Positions 12,535-24,037 of a DNA stretch of 64,000 nucleotides are shown here, piece by piece. The notes under the pieces were generated by a model. It saw only the letters and a program-made list of their open reading frames with translations. It was not told the origin of the DNA and made no database searches. The translations under genes and the position numbers were made by a program. Within the stretch, counting starts at the first letter, position 1. Each line of letters begins with the position of its first letter. Origin of the DNA: Macrostomum lignano (taxonomy: Eukaryota); contig NIVC01000293.1 of assembly GCA_002269645.1 (NCBI GenBank), positions 372,001 through 436,000 of the forward strand, written 5' to 3'.

Positions 12535-14568
12535 ATGGTTCCTAATAACCAAAAAAAACATGAACGAAATGTTAAAAAACTTATGAAAAAGATTATTCAT
12601 AGCAAATATCAAGTAAGAACAGCAAGGTCTAATTCTAATTGTTTGGAATCAGCATCAACTGAATTAGAGGCATCTTTGTTCTTAGAGGCTTGTTCAACTG
12701 ATGGACCAAATCTTCAATCTAGATCTAACAGTTCTGAAATTATAGATCAGATAGATCAAAGTTCAATTGCAAGCAGTACATCTATTGATGTTTGGCCAGA
12801 AGCAAGCTCTACTAGTGAAAATAGTATTCCTGATGATAGCATAAATCAATTTATTAAACAATGGGTAATCAAATTCAACATTCCTATCTATAGTCTAGAT
12901 GTACTACTACCACGGCTACAAGAGAAATATCCTACTTTACCCAAGTGTGGTAAAACACTTTTGAAAGCAAATCTTCCTCAGCCAATTATCCAGGCTATTT
13001 CAACTGGCCAAATAGCATACTTTGGTCTGAGGTGTTTTCTTAACAATAAGGACTTTTCCTTCTGTAATCAGGCTGATTTGGTTGTTTTTGTTGATGGTTT
13101 CTCACTTGCTAAGTCTTCAACTTCATCTTGCTGGGCAGTCTTAGGACTATTAGGATCTAATGAAACACCTTTTGTCATTGCTATCTATCAAGGACATGTA
13201 AAACCAACAGCTTCAGAATTGATGTCACCTTTAATTAATGAAATCAATGAGCTTATGTCAGACCCAAGTCAAACACGTTTAAATTTGAAGTATATTCTGG
13301 CTGATACACCTGCTCGAGCACTTATCAAGTGTATTAAAGGACATACTGCTTTTTATTCCTGTGATCGTTGCGTTATCCGTGGACAAAGAGTTGAAGGTCG
13401 AATTGTGTTTGATGACTTTTCTGTAGTGCCACTTAGAAGTAACCAGTCTTTTCGTTCAAAGATTGATCATCATCATCATTCAGGAACATCTCCACTATTG
13501 GCTCTTGCAACATTCAACATGATATCTCAGCTTCCCTATGACTTCATGCATTTACTTTGCCTTGGAGTAGTTAAGCGCATGATTTCTTTTTGGCATTGTG
13601 GTCCACTTGGAATTTCTAGACTGACTAGTAGGGCTCGAGTAGCAATCTCAGAGAGGCTAGAGTTAATACGGACATTTATGCCTTCTGAGTTCAACAGAAA
13701 GACTAGACCTCTTGCCCAGTATAAATTATGGAAAGCAACTGAGTTTCGTACTTTCTTGTTGTACACTGGAATATGTGCATTAAAGAATAACTGGATTCCA
13801 CGTCAAATTTTTCGGAACTTCTGTCTACTTTTCATTATTGCTCGAATTATGTGCTCTAGTAGTATTGAAGGGCATAGGAAGAACATGGTTGCTCGTCTTA
13901 TTAGAGTTTATTTACGAAGTTGCAAGCAAAGTTATTCTAGAATCTTCTTAGTTTATAATTTGCATGCACTGCTGCATCTTCCAGATGATTGTGAGTTATA
14001 TGGTTGTCTTGACTCTTTTAGTGCTTTTCGGTTTGAAAATGCTCTTGGCTTCTTGAGGCGGCGTGTTAGAAGTGGTAACTTGCCATTCATGCAGCTTGTA
14101 AACCGAATTAGAGAAGTAACACAAGTTACAACTGTAAATCTGCAAGGCTCTCAACAGAAAAACATTGAATTTTTTGAAAAAGTGAGTGACTGCCTTCCAA
14201 GAAACATTGCACTGCAAATTGATTTCCAACCAATTTTTTTTGCCCAAGCTAAATTTCAAGGACTGCAACTATCTGTCAAACATCAGAGAGACAGCTATTT
14301 TAGTTTTAATGGTGTAGCTACTAAGCTATCAAAGATTTTTACTCGAGCTGATTGTTCATCCATCTATGTCATTGCAAGATGCTTCAAACAAAAAGAAGAC
14401 TATTTTAATTTTCCATGCAATAGCAAGTCACTTGGAATTTTCATTGCCTCAAAGCTCTCAGATACTTTTGTAATGTTTGAGCTTACAGATCCAGTTACAA
14501 AGCTTTTTGCTATGCCTCTTGGTGAGGATTATGACGAGGAGTCAGTGCTCATTGTTCCAATGATTTAG
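12535..14568 (+). CDS. EnSpm/CACTA-type transposase (open, about 677 aa)
   Basis: Motifs DGF, LADTPARA...GH..FYSCDRC, DFMHLLCLGVVKR, WKATEFRTFLLY, YNLHALLHL, SAFRFEN. ATG at 12535 follows an acceptor tttcag at 12521. Confidence 0.9.
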   Translation: MVPNNQKKHERNVKKLMKKIIHSKYQVRTARSNSNCLESASTELEASLFLEACSTDGPNLQSRSNSSEIIDQIDQSSIASSTSIDVWPEASSTSENSIPDDSINQFIKQWVIKFNIPIYSLDVLLPRLQEKYPTLPKCGKTLLKANLPQPIIQAISTGQIAYFGLRCFLNNKDFSFCNQADLVVFVDGFSLAKSSTSSCWAVLGLLGSNETPFVIAIYQGHVKPTASELMSPLINEINELMSDPSQTRLNLKYILADTPARALIKCIKGHTAFYSCDRCVIRGQRVEGRIVFDDFSVVPLRSNQSFRSKIDHHHHSGTSPLLALATFNMISQLPYDFMHLLCLGVVKRMISFWHCGPLGISRLTSRARVAISERLELIRTFMPSEFNRKTRPLAQYKLWKATEFRTFLLYTGICALKNNWIPRQIFRNFCLLFIIARIMCSSSIEGHRKNMVARLIRVYLRSCKQSYSRIFLVYNLHALLHLPDDCELYGCLDSFSAFRFENALGFLRRRVRSGNLPFMQLVNRIREVTQVTTVNLQGSQQKNIEFFEKVSDCLPRNIALQIDFQPIFFAQAKFQGLQLSVKHQRDSYFSFNGVATKLSKIFTRADCSSIYVIARCFKQKEDYFNFPCNSKSLGIFIASKLSDTFVMFELTDPVTKLFAMPLGEDYDEESVLIVPMI

Positions 14569-15134
14569 CTGGAACAGCTAGGATTACAAGCTTAACTAGG
14601 TAAATGTTTTTCAAGATATATTATTAATTCATTTGAAATATAATTCCTGAAATATACTTGAAATACTTGAAGATTTCTCTGATTTCGATAATCATTCCAA
14701 TCCCAAGTAAAAAGATTGTTACTCTTATTACACCACTTTCAGATGCATTCGAGCAACCAGGCTTTCACAATAGTCGAGTTTCTGGAGGACAAGTCAGTTG
14801 ATTATGTACCATCGATTTGGCTATTAGCTTCGGACAGTGTTGCCTACCCCACTTCGCAATCAACTAGTCGAGTCGCCTCTTTACGTTCAAAAATGGAAAA
14901 GCCTACAGCTACACTTGAGCCACTATGGCTGCGGTTTGCGCTAGGCTTGCCTTGAGCAAACCGGCTTTAGTGCCCAAGCGCGCTGCGTCTGTGGTGCGCC
15001 CCCCCCCGCCGCGTGTGTACGTTCTGTGTTGTTTAGGTGGGCGCCCACCCCTCCGCCGGCGGGGGGGGGGTATTTTACTCCAGCCGCGCTGCTGAGTTGG
15101 CAGTGTTTTCGCGCAGTTCTTTTTTTGAACTCTA

Positions 15135-15330
15135 ATGCCAATCGCTGAATCATGGCTAGCACTGACACTGTCAAGTCACTGCGCGATTGCGTTGATGTCC
15201 TTACGGCATGGTTTGAGTGTGCGAGCCTTTCATGTGCCGGGAGAGTTTCAAATTCTCGCCGATGCAGCGTCTCGGTTGCACGAGCGCAGTCAGTTGATTA
15301 ATTTTTTATTTCGCTGCTATGGCAACTTGT
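15135..15330 (+). pseudogene. C-terminal remnant of DIRS-type RNase H
   Basis: HGLSVRAFHVPGEFQILADAASR resembles the H(I/V)PG..N..AD.LSR end of DIRS RNase H. It abuts A1, implying deletion of gag and RT. Confidence 0.65.
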
Positions 15331-16387
15331 GCCCGTTTGCTTTGCAATCAATGCATCGACATGCTTTCTGCCCTGCCTCTGCCCACTTTCTTCATTTTCA
15401 GGCCGTCCAGCTGCGCCAGACTCTCTCAGCCGCCGGGCCGCGTCGCTGCTAGGCGTCTCTTATGCACCACGGTCAAGGCAGGCGGTGGCAAGGCACATCC
15501 GTGAGTGGCTAGCTTACTGCAAGCAGACCCGCTGCAGTCCTGTATCCTGTCCGCTGAACAGCCTGCTCGACTACCTGGCCAGCCTAGTCGGGACGCGTTT
15601 GCGTGCGTACGGCAGCGTTGCTTCTGTCGCCAGCTCGCTGTCCGTTTGGTTTCGCATCAACTCTGCACCAGACCTGACGAAGCATGCCGCCACGACTCTC
15701 CTCCTGCGAGGCGCCAAGCGAGAGCTGGGACTTCGGGTGTCGAGAAAACGACCAGTATCGCCGCTCATGTTGTCGGAGATTCATCAGCGAGTCAGTCGTT
15801 CTGATGGGCTTCAGCTGGCATGCTGGGCAGTCACCATCTGCTGTTGGTGGGGCATGCTCCGAAAATCCAGCGTGCTGCCGACTTCGGGAAAAGGTCCGGC
15901 ACGTGTGCGCTGCGCTGACATCTTTCGACACCCGCGAGGTCTGATCTTGCGCCTGGAGCAAGGGAAGACTCTCCAGTTCAAAGAGCGGGTGCACCAGGTG
16001 CTTCTACCAAGGCTAGTGAGGCGGACGTCGCTGTGCCCGGTGTTAGCAATCGAGCAGCACGCAAGATTCAATAATCTGCAATCGGCTGATGCGCCTCTGT
16101 TCACTTATCGCGACGCCGGAGGCAACCAGCGGCTGCTGACGGGCAGGCAGCTCGATCGCTTCCTAGCGGACAAGCTAGGGGCTGCGGGCTTCAGGCGTGA
16201 GCACTTCTCAGCCCACAGCCTCCGCCGTGGCGGCGCGACCTGGGCCTCGGTGTTGGGTGTGCCGGTGCCCGACATCATGCGGATCGGTGACTGGAAGAGC
16301 GACTCAGTGCAGCGGTATCTCCCGCAGTCGCAGCAGGGCTTCGCAGCTTCCGTCGTGTTTGCTAGAGGTGTGGGATCCCTCGTTTGA
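15329..16387 (+). CDS. Tyrosine recombinase (DIRS/Ngaro type), intact
   Basis: Catalytic residues in order: R (MLRKSSV), K (QGKT), HSLRRGGAT, GDWKSDSVQRY. N-terminal SAM-like core-binding region (YAPRSRQAVARHIREWLAYC). Confidence 0.92.
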   Translation: MPVCFAINASTCFLPCLCPLSSFSGRPAAPDSLSRRAASLLGVSYAPRSRQAVARHIREWLAYCKQTRCSPVSCPLNSLLDYLASLVGTRLRAYGSVASVASSLSVWFRINSAPDLTKHAATTLLLRGAKRELGLRVSRKRPVSPLMLSEIHQRVSRSDGLQLACWAVTICCWWGMLRKSSVLPTSGKGPARVRCADIFRHPRGLILRLEQGKTLQFKERVHQVLLPRLVRRTSLCPVLAIEQHARFNNLQSADAPLFTYRDAGGNQRLLTGRQLDRFLADKLGAAGFRREHFSAHSLRRGGATWASVLGVPVPDIMRIGDWKSDSVQRYLPQSQQGFAASVVFARGVGSLV

Positions 16388-17218
16388 CGTTGGCATCAGC
16401 TTTTCGATGTTCCGTTTCCTTCTATGTTTTTTTTTTTCTTTCGCGCGCTTTCCCGTTCTTGCTTTGGCTTTGGAGGCCTCGTTACTGCTTTCGCTTTCGC
16501 CAACATCGCGTATTCGTGTTTTGCTTTGGGGCACTAAGGCTGCGGTTTGCGCTAGGCTTGCCTTGAGCAAACCGGCTTTAGTGCCCAAGCGCGCTGCGTC
16601 TGTGGTGCGCCCCCCCCCGCCGCGTGTGTACGTTCTGTGTTGTTTAGGTGGGCGCCCACCCCTCCGCCGGCGGGGGGGGGGGTATTTTACTCCAGCCGCG
16701 CTGCTGAGTTGGCAGTGTTTTCGCGCAGTTCTTTTTTTTCTTCTTCTTTTATCCTTATTCTTTTAATCATTAAAATATAAATAAAGAGGCCTCGTTACTG
16801 CTTTCGCTTTCGCCAACATCGCGTATTCGTGTTTTGCTTTGGGGCACTAAGGCGTTCATGCTCTATTAGAGTCTTAGGTATGGCATCAACTGAACGAAAA
16901 GCACGCGAAAAGCTAAAGAAGCTAGAAGCTGCTGCTGCTGCGGGCGAGGATACACCTGGTCTGGAGACTACTGACTCAGAAGCACCTAGGCAAAGAAAAC
17001 CAGTTCATCGACTTATCGATATGGAACCAACACAGAAAAAGCGTAAGAAGAATAAATATGTATCAAGTGATGACGAGTCGTCGAAGTCTAAATCCGATTC
17101 GGAGACTGAATCCGAAACTGATATGCTGCAGCAAGAGGACGTTGGTGATATTGGCTCGCTATTTTCGCTCCATGGTTGTTCTGCCAGTGCCAGTTCGCAT
17201 CGACAAGATGACGAGACG

Positions 17219-17680
17219 TCTGCTGCTAGCGTCGCTAGCTCAAATCCATCAACAGCTGGACAGTCTGCAAGCGCCTACAACTCGGTTCAACGACAGAAGC
17301 AAGCATCTGCTGCTAGCTTCGCTAGCTCAAATCACTCAGCAGTTGGACAGTCTGCAAGCGCCTGCAACTCGGTTCAACGACAGAAGCAAGCATCTGCTGC
17401 TAGTGCTAGCGTCGCTAGCTCAAATCACTCAGCAGCTGGACGGTCTGCAAGCGCCTACAACTCGGTTCAACGACAGAAGCAAGCATCTGCTGCTAGTGCT
17501 AGCGTCGCTAGCTCAAATCACTCAGCAGCTGGACGGTCTGCAAGCGCCTACAACTCTGTTCAACGACAGAAGCAAGCATCTGCTGCTAGTGCTAGCGTCG
17601 CTAGCTCAAATCACTCAGCAGCTGGACGGTCTGCAAGCGCCTGCAGCTCGGTTCAACGACAAGAAACAGCCGCTAGCATG
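17219..17680 (+). repeat. Coding tandem repeat (5 units of 87-93 bp) in CACTA ORF2
   Basis: Units start at 17219, 17306, 17393, 17486 and 17579 and encode SAAS(AS)VASSNHSAAGRSASAYNSVQRQKQA. Confidence 0.9.
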
Positions 17681-20398
17681 AATTTCTCTGGTCGGTCGGT
17701 GTAAGTGCGGGCCTGGGTGATTTCAATGTATAATCCAAACCACTAAAATATTCGCTTTTGAAAGCTTAATTGTCATGCTCTTTAACCTCATCCATTCAGT
17801 CCTGCTACACCGGTACAATCGGCAGCTGGCTGCTCGCTTGAATACACCAGTGATGATGACGACACCATTGGACCAGGCCCACTGGACAGTCATTTGACTC
17901 CAAGCCCATCGCGACGGGCGGATAATGCTGCTCCATTGGGTACAAGTTTTTTGTCGCAATTTTGCGCAGAGGAAAACTTTCGTTACACGGGAGATGACGA
18001 GACGACTTTAATGCGTTTAGTTTGCTCCACATTTTCTTTAGCGAAGGAAAATAACCAGCTGCTAAAACAACTGGCGGCTAGTCGTCAAATGCCCCAGCTT
18101 GCAAAGCTAAATTTGCCCTTTGTGCTGCCAGTAAGCACAAAGGACGAATTGGATCAGCTGGAACAGTACTTAAGGATTCCTAAACAATCAACCATGCTGG
18201 CCTCCTATATCGGCTGCATGGTTTCTGATTCTCAGCGCAAAGCCGTTTTTATGTTAATGCCAAAGTTTATCACTACGCAATTGGCTGCGTCTTTTAATTA
18301 CGAAGGCAAAAGAGGTGGAAAGGCTGCCTTCAAGGATTTTGCTAACACAATTTCCTTGGTTAGGCGACTGGTAGCCCAGGGTAGCAAGTCGGGCAAGTGC
18401 GAATCAAATATAGTTAAAACAGCCATTGCCGACTGGCTCCGTCAGGCGCCTGCCCGCCTTAAGGCGACCTAGCTGGCTCCCTTGCACTAGTTCTTATTTG
18501 TTTGTTGAAACTTGAAAGCTAGTAGTTATAGAGATCCACAATCCGCGACGGAATTATTTCAGTCAGTTGCATTTTAGTCTTATATGCAGAAGTAACTACA
18601 CATGGTGAAGAAATCAGTGGTATACAATCAATCCATGCAGTTAGTAGTTACTTATTTACTTAAAAGTATAAAAAACATCTCCAAATCACAAAATAGCGTA
18701 AGATAGGTCACTTTCCACCTATTACCTACCCTACCCAACTCAATTACCTAGACCTAGAGCTACTCCTAAATTAGTTCTACCCATTAAAAAAATTATTTGG
18801 GGGATATAAACTACAATGCTAGAAATCTTCAATCTAGGAAAATAATTTTCACGAGCACTTTAGGAATAATTGATTGCTCCTTTGCCTTTGAGATTTGACT
18901 TGCTTTTTAGACTAATCCACTACTAATGGTAGCTAATCTACAACAGTTACAAATATATTCAAGATATGAGTAGAAAGGCAATTTTCTAAATAGAATCCTC
19001 GTGCCGAGCCCGTAATGTTACTTTTGCCTCTTCCGTTTCTCTTCCTACCTTAATTCTTGCAGATGCCACCTGCTCTAAAAGCGTGCCGTTTCTCTTCCTG
19101 CCTTGAATCTTGCAAATTTGAATTCAGCCTTTAACTTTTTCTTGTGTCTTTTCTCAATATTTATTTTCGCTCCTATTTTTTAATTAAGTAATCTTTTTTG
19201 CATGCTGAAATTAGGTGCAAACATTGCAGTCTTTACTTTTTCATGTTCTATAGTTTTGTATACTTGGGTGTTATATATATATTTCATAATGCCAATAATA
19301 AAACATACTATGGGTGCGACTTGAAACAGAACGGTAAAAAATACCGTTAATTCAGTCAAATGTAGTGAAGAAACATATAATTAAGAGTATATTTTAATCT
19401 TCGCGTTCTGTGTTCCATTACTTAATTACTATTTAAGAAAAATTAAACTGTAAATTGCTTGCCCGAAGAAGTTAAGTGGTGAGAAAAATATGCACCAATG
19501 GTTTGTGGCTTAAAATCTAATTAGAACCTGACGATTATATTACTATACGAGCTAATTAAGCTGTTTTAGGACGTTAATCTCCTGCGTAGATAATACGTAC
19601 ATTATTCGTAAAATCAGATACGTAGATTTAAAGCATTTTCACGCGACACTTTCAACGTGAAATCTACGTAAAATATCTACGTATATTCTACCAAAGTTTT
19701 GTTGATATTTAACGTAATTTTAACGTAAATTTTGCGTAACTTTTCCAGTTGGGTTAGCCTAAGAAGTCATGTCACACTTTCAGTCATGTTGCTTTTTACG
19801 CTCAGACTATCAAACCGCTAGAGAGTAGTTTTGCAAAACAAAGTCAAGTGGACCATGGTATCTGCCCCAAATCGTCAAAAATTGTTTATGGTCCATACCG
19901 GTAGCACAGGTACAAGCCCAGCATTGAATTTAAGTAAGACATAATACACGCAGAGCAGTTAAAGTCAGAAAAGCCTTTTCCGCCGTTCAACTGGAGCTGT
20001 ATAGTCCACCAGACTACGACCGTACCGTACATGTACAGGATTTCGTTCCATGGATCCAGGCAAAGAATTTTGGATGGCATCGCGGTTTCCAAGAGTGCAG
20101 CCTATAGTTGGAGTCTGCGATATTGACCACAAATATGGTCTAACAGATGTAGTTTTGACTTTTTAGATTACATATATACACAGATTTTGACTTTTGCACT
20201 CGGATGAAAAAAGTTCATGAGTGCTGAAAATTAATGGGCGATGTGAACTTTATAGCGCCCCTGCAGTTTTCACAGTGTTCAGTTTTTTATACTTGAAATT
20301 TTCGTTAAACAAATTAAACAAACGGGTCTATGAATTTTGCTAACCAAAGTCTGGAAGCCGAATATGCTAAATGTATTGTACTTAGCTCACCTATCTAT

Positions 20399-20560
20399 GA
20401 TCCTCGGCCCGGATCACGTGGCCCTCCAGTTGAAGTCGCCGCCGGCGCTGGATGATGGACTGGCGCTGCAGCTTGGCCCAATCGTACAGGGCCTCGCGGT
20501 CATGACGCTCTCGTCAGCTCGAAAGGCCGCACGGAGCAGCCTGAGTGCGTCAAGTTTAAC
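20399..20560 (-). pseudogene. Short RTE-clade LINE 3' ORF fragment
   Basis: Minus-strand translation across a frameshift gives LDALRLLRAAF...EALYDWAKLQRQSIIQRRRRLQLEGHVIRAE, resembling the RRRRLxxAGHxxR motif of RTE ORFs. Confidence 0.5.
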
Positions 20561-22454
20561 TGACGCTCCAGCTGTAGGTTGTGATTGTGAGCCAGCTGGA
20601 CGAGAATGATGCGACACTCCAGGGGGGCTTCAGAGTTCGGGAGCTCATCGTGCTCATCTGGTATGAGATTGGCCTCGTGGTCCCCGGTGCCACTCGGCAC
20701 CTGTCTGGAACGGCATTTCTACCGCAAACGTGTCATAGCTTTCTTCATGCCGCTGTATAATCGTTGTCGACGTCAGAAAAATGCACACACTGCAGTACTA
20801 CATGTATATCCCTACAATCCCATCCTTGCGAATGCATGGCTCCGCGATGTCCAAGTCGATTTCCAGCATTTTGACTCCGTCTTTCCGCTATTAGGCGCAT
20901 TCGCACAGCGACAGCTGCCATGTCCGTTAGAGATTGCGTCGAATTGTAAACGTATGGATGCCAATTGCCTGCACAGCAGCACTTTTGGAGCTATACTCCA
21001 TGCCAGTCTGGTTAACTGCACGAAGTGTTAAGTTGCTCCATGGCACATTTAGCATGGCTATACTAGCAGAAATATCCGCCACATGTTCCAGTCCTTGATT
21101 TAAGTATCCCTAAGTAAGCTCTTGAATATTTCTAGATTTAGTCGTTACATGTATATCATTTTAACATGCAATATTGATGGGTTTCGACCTTCGGGCTCCT
21201 TGTTAGGGAAGCCTTCGGGCCTCAGGCTCAGAAATAAATCAATTAGAGACCTGGCCCCCCACTCCTGTCAGATGGTCAGCCCCATGGTAGCTTGATCGTG
21301 TGGCGAGCAGTCTAGGTCCTATAGCTAAGAGAGGGACAGCGAGAGACGAGCAGGGAGAATTTTGAAAGTAGAAATTAGCTAATCCGCAGATCAACTAACT
21401 TGCTGCCACCAGCCCGTGCGCCCTGGCTCACCACACCGGGACTCTCGAAATCGGGCTTCCGACTAGAAGGGGCTTTGCACTTACCTGCCAACTAGTGTCT
21501 TTTTGCTGTCAATCTCGAAGTCATAGCCGATGATAAGGGACACTGCTGGGACTAGATCGCGTTGGCCATGCAGGTACAGAGGGGACTTGTGCAGGGGATT
21601 CTTGCGGTGGCGAGTCTATGGGGTAGCTACATGTACTATTACATTGCTAAATACGAAGATATGTACTTTTAGCCTTCAACGCGCCAACTAGCCTCTCATA
21701 GCGCTGATGATAGGCTAACTCGAACTTCAGAGACCGCATGATTCATTTACCCGAGCCGCTTGGCTACCCTAGAGTGCACAAAGTACATCTCTGGCGCCGA
21801 TTCTGCACTTTTGGCAGTTTTGCTCACTGATTTGTTAGATTGGTCGACTGAGAACTGCCTTGCCATTGGTCCACTGTGACCGGCGCCTACTAGCTTAGCT
21901 ACTCATCTGAGCCATCGGCGAACAAAGAAATAAAGCCGACAAAGATAACTGTTAGATTTAACCTTCTCCTTAGTTCACTTCACACTTTAGATTGAATTGG
22001 AGTCTTAGACTACTAGCAGTATTGTTGAATGATTCCTGCCTCAGCAACAGCACTACTGAACAAAATGAGCAAAAGTGTGCGCCTAATTCAGCTACTGCAA
22101 CAGGGGGCAGAAAAGGGATCACCCAATCAAGCAAGTCTAGGTAGCCTCTCACCCAACCAATCAGAAACTCAACAGCCGGAGACCAGGTATTCCACAGTGA
22201 CCGAATCGGCTCGATGCTCTGCAGCTGTAGACTCGGGATGATGCTGTCACAATCTTCGCTGTTAGCTAGCAGGTGATGCTCTTAACTGGATGTTCGCTGC
22301 TGTCGACCGGGGGACTCGTCCTTGATGATGATGGGGGAAGTTGCAATCCGGGGATCAAGAAACGACGGTCGTGCTCCGGGAACCAGAAGTTGCGCGCTGG
22401 GCCCGAGCCAAAGTAAGAAGAAGTAGTTGTGTCCGAGCGGGCCAAAAACTCCGG

Positions 22455-22585
22455 TTTAAATAGCCGCCAACTGGACCGCAGTTTGTTATAACGGAACACG
22501 TCGATTCTGATTGGCTGAGCCGTTTTGTTAAAATGAGCGCCGAATTTTCTGATTGGCTAAGCTCGTTGCTACCCAGAATCACGTG
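22455..22585 (-). promoter_or_regulatory. Pol II promoter-like module: E-box, two CCAAT boxes, TATA
   Basis: On the minus strand: CACGTG (22580-22585), AGCCAATCAG twice (CCAAT at 22552-22556 and 22510-22514), then TATTTAAA (22455-22462). Confidence 0.5.
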
Positions 22586-24037
22586 ACCGAGAAATCCTAT
22601 CAGTTCCCACAGGGTCGTAAAAAGATGACAGGTGCGGCCATAAATCACTCAAAATCGCAACAAAATGATTTATGACTTTTCGCGTAGGATTGACAGAAAT
22701 GAATGAAAAAATATACATTAGAAAGCTCTTATTAAATAGAAAGTGAAGATAATGAAGAGAAATCGCTAATCGCTAATCCCAAGGTACTTTTAGGGGTAAA
22801 ACGCATAGCTGTCAAAGCTGTCACACGCTTGAGTGAATCCGAACAATAGGCTCTGACCTCATAAATCTTGATGGCCTGTCAAAATGATGAGAAAAAAGCT
22901 ACCGCCCGCATCCTCTCAGACCATCTGGCGCCCGCTTCAACACTGAGTGAGGCGCAGGTGGCTGTCAGATCAGCTTCGAAAGCGATGATTTATGACCCAA
23001 AAAGCTGCGCCTATGTTATTATGACTACTAGTATGGCCAGACATTATATCTAGTATAGATTCTATGAAAATTCGCAGAAAAAGGATAAAAATGCCCACTG
23101 CCCACTGTTAGTAGGCAAGTAAGTTTAGAGCCCATGTGCTAGCGCGGGATTTGGGAAAAAGTGCGTCCTCATCAATATCACCCCCTTAACTTTTTTGTAC
23201 AGCTACGAATGGATGGCATCAAAATGAGTATTTTAATTTTAGAAATTTTCACGATAAATTATTCATTCTAAATGTTTGTAGTTATTCTTATTCCTGCAAC
23301 AACGCTTTATTATAGAGCATAGCTACATGTACGCGGAATGTCAATAGCAAAAACGATATAAATTTCCATCCTAATTTCTATAAATTTCTATAAATGTAAA
23401 TACCCTCGCAAATCAAACGATTGTAACATTGCACTCTATACATTACACTCTATTTTATGAATCACTATCGATACCAAGAACAACCACCGTCACGCCTCAT
23501 TTATTCAATTCGTTTACTATACTACGTTACCCAGATCTATAATTAATCTTTTAGATGCGACTAACCCGTGATTAAAAAGAAGACAATTTGTTTAACAAAT
23601 ATTTAAGCAAATAAAGAAGTAAACTGAGCCTAAAAACAGAAGCATACTATTTTCTGCTTTGTAAGTACATTTATTGTTATTTGAAAAACATACAGGAATG
23701 CATTTATTATTGTACAATAATTCAAATTTAAATATCTTTAATATGGATCGCGATATAATTATCGTAATCAAAGTAACCTCGCAATTAAAGCTATACCTCG
23801 TAATTCATACTCTTTTTTGTAATAATATTTATTATTATTATTTATATTGTATTAATTTATTTGTGTTAATATTTATACTCGTTGTTAGTTGTTAGTCGTC
23901 ACTTTTCGTCCAAAAATACCGTAAAAATTCTGGCGCGCTTTCAAATACTTTATCTTTTACAATAACTCTTGTAAAATAAGAGTTAATGAGTAAAATATGT
24001 TTATGTAAAATAAGTTAATGCAAGCAAAACAAAGTTT

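Larger units (their letters stand above)
14930..16853 (+). mobile_element. Internally deleted DIRS-order (Ngaro-like) tyrosine-recombinase element with split direct repeats A1-[RH remnant, YR]-B1-A2-B2
   Basis: A1 14927-15126 matches A2 16538-16739. B1 16473-16540 matches B2 16786-16853. AATAAA lies between A2 and B2. GGC is duplicated at the ends. No gag, RT or methyltransferase. Confidence 0.88.
14743..18472 (+). pseudogene. CACTA ORF2 (DUF4806-like) interrupted by the YR element
   Basis: ATG directly after tttcag. N-terminus FTIVEF...VDYVPSIWL. Rejoining 14929 to 16854 gives LEPLWRSCSIRVLG in frame. GT-AG intron 17701-17799 (phase 2). C-terminal exon 17800-18472 is DUF4806-like. Confidence 0.75.
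11044..19753 (+). mobile_element. Complete EnSpm/CACTA (CMC) DNA transposon, about 8.7 kb
   Basis: Termini CCCAATTGGAAA and TTTCCAGTTGGG (11/12 inverted match). 2-bp TT on both flanks. Dense subterminal TACGTA/AACGTA motifs at both ends. Contains a transposase plus a DUF4806-like ORF2. Confidence 0.88.

Noticed and set aside
15329-16387. Phage or integron integrase, or bacterial horizontal transfer
   Set aside because: The split direct repeats and adjacent RNase H remnant identify a eukaryotic DIRS-order element.
20606-21031. 141-aa ORF and Cys-rich antisense ORF as a gene
   Set aside because: No family motif or convincing splice context; adjacent to an RTE fragment.
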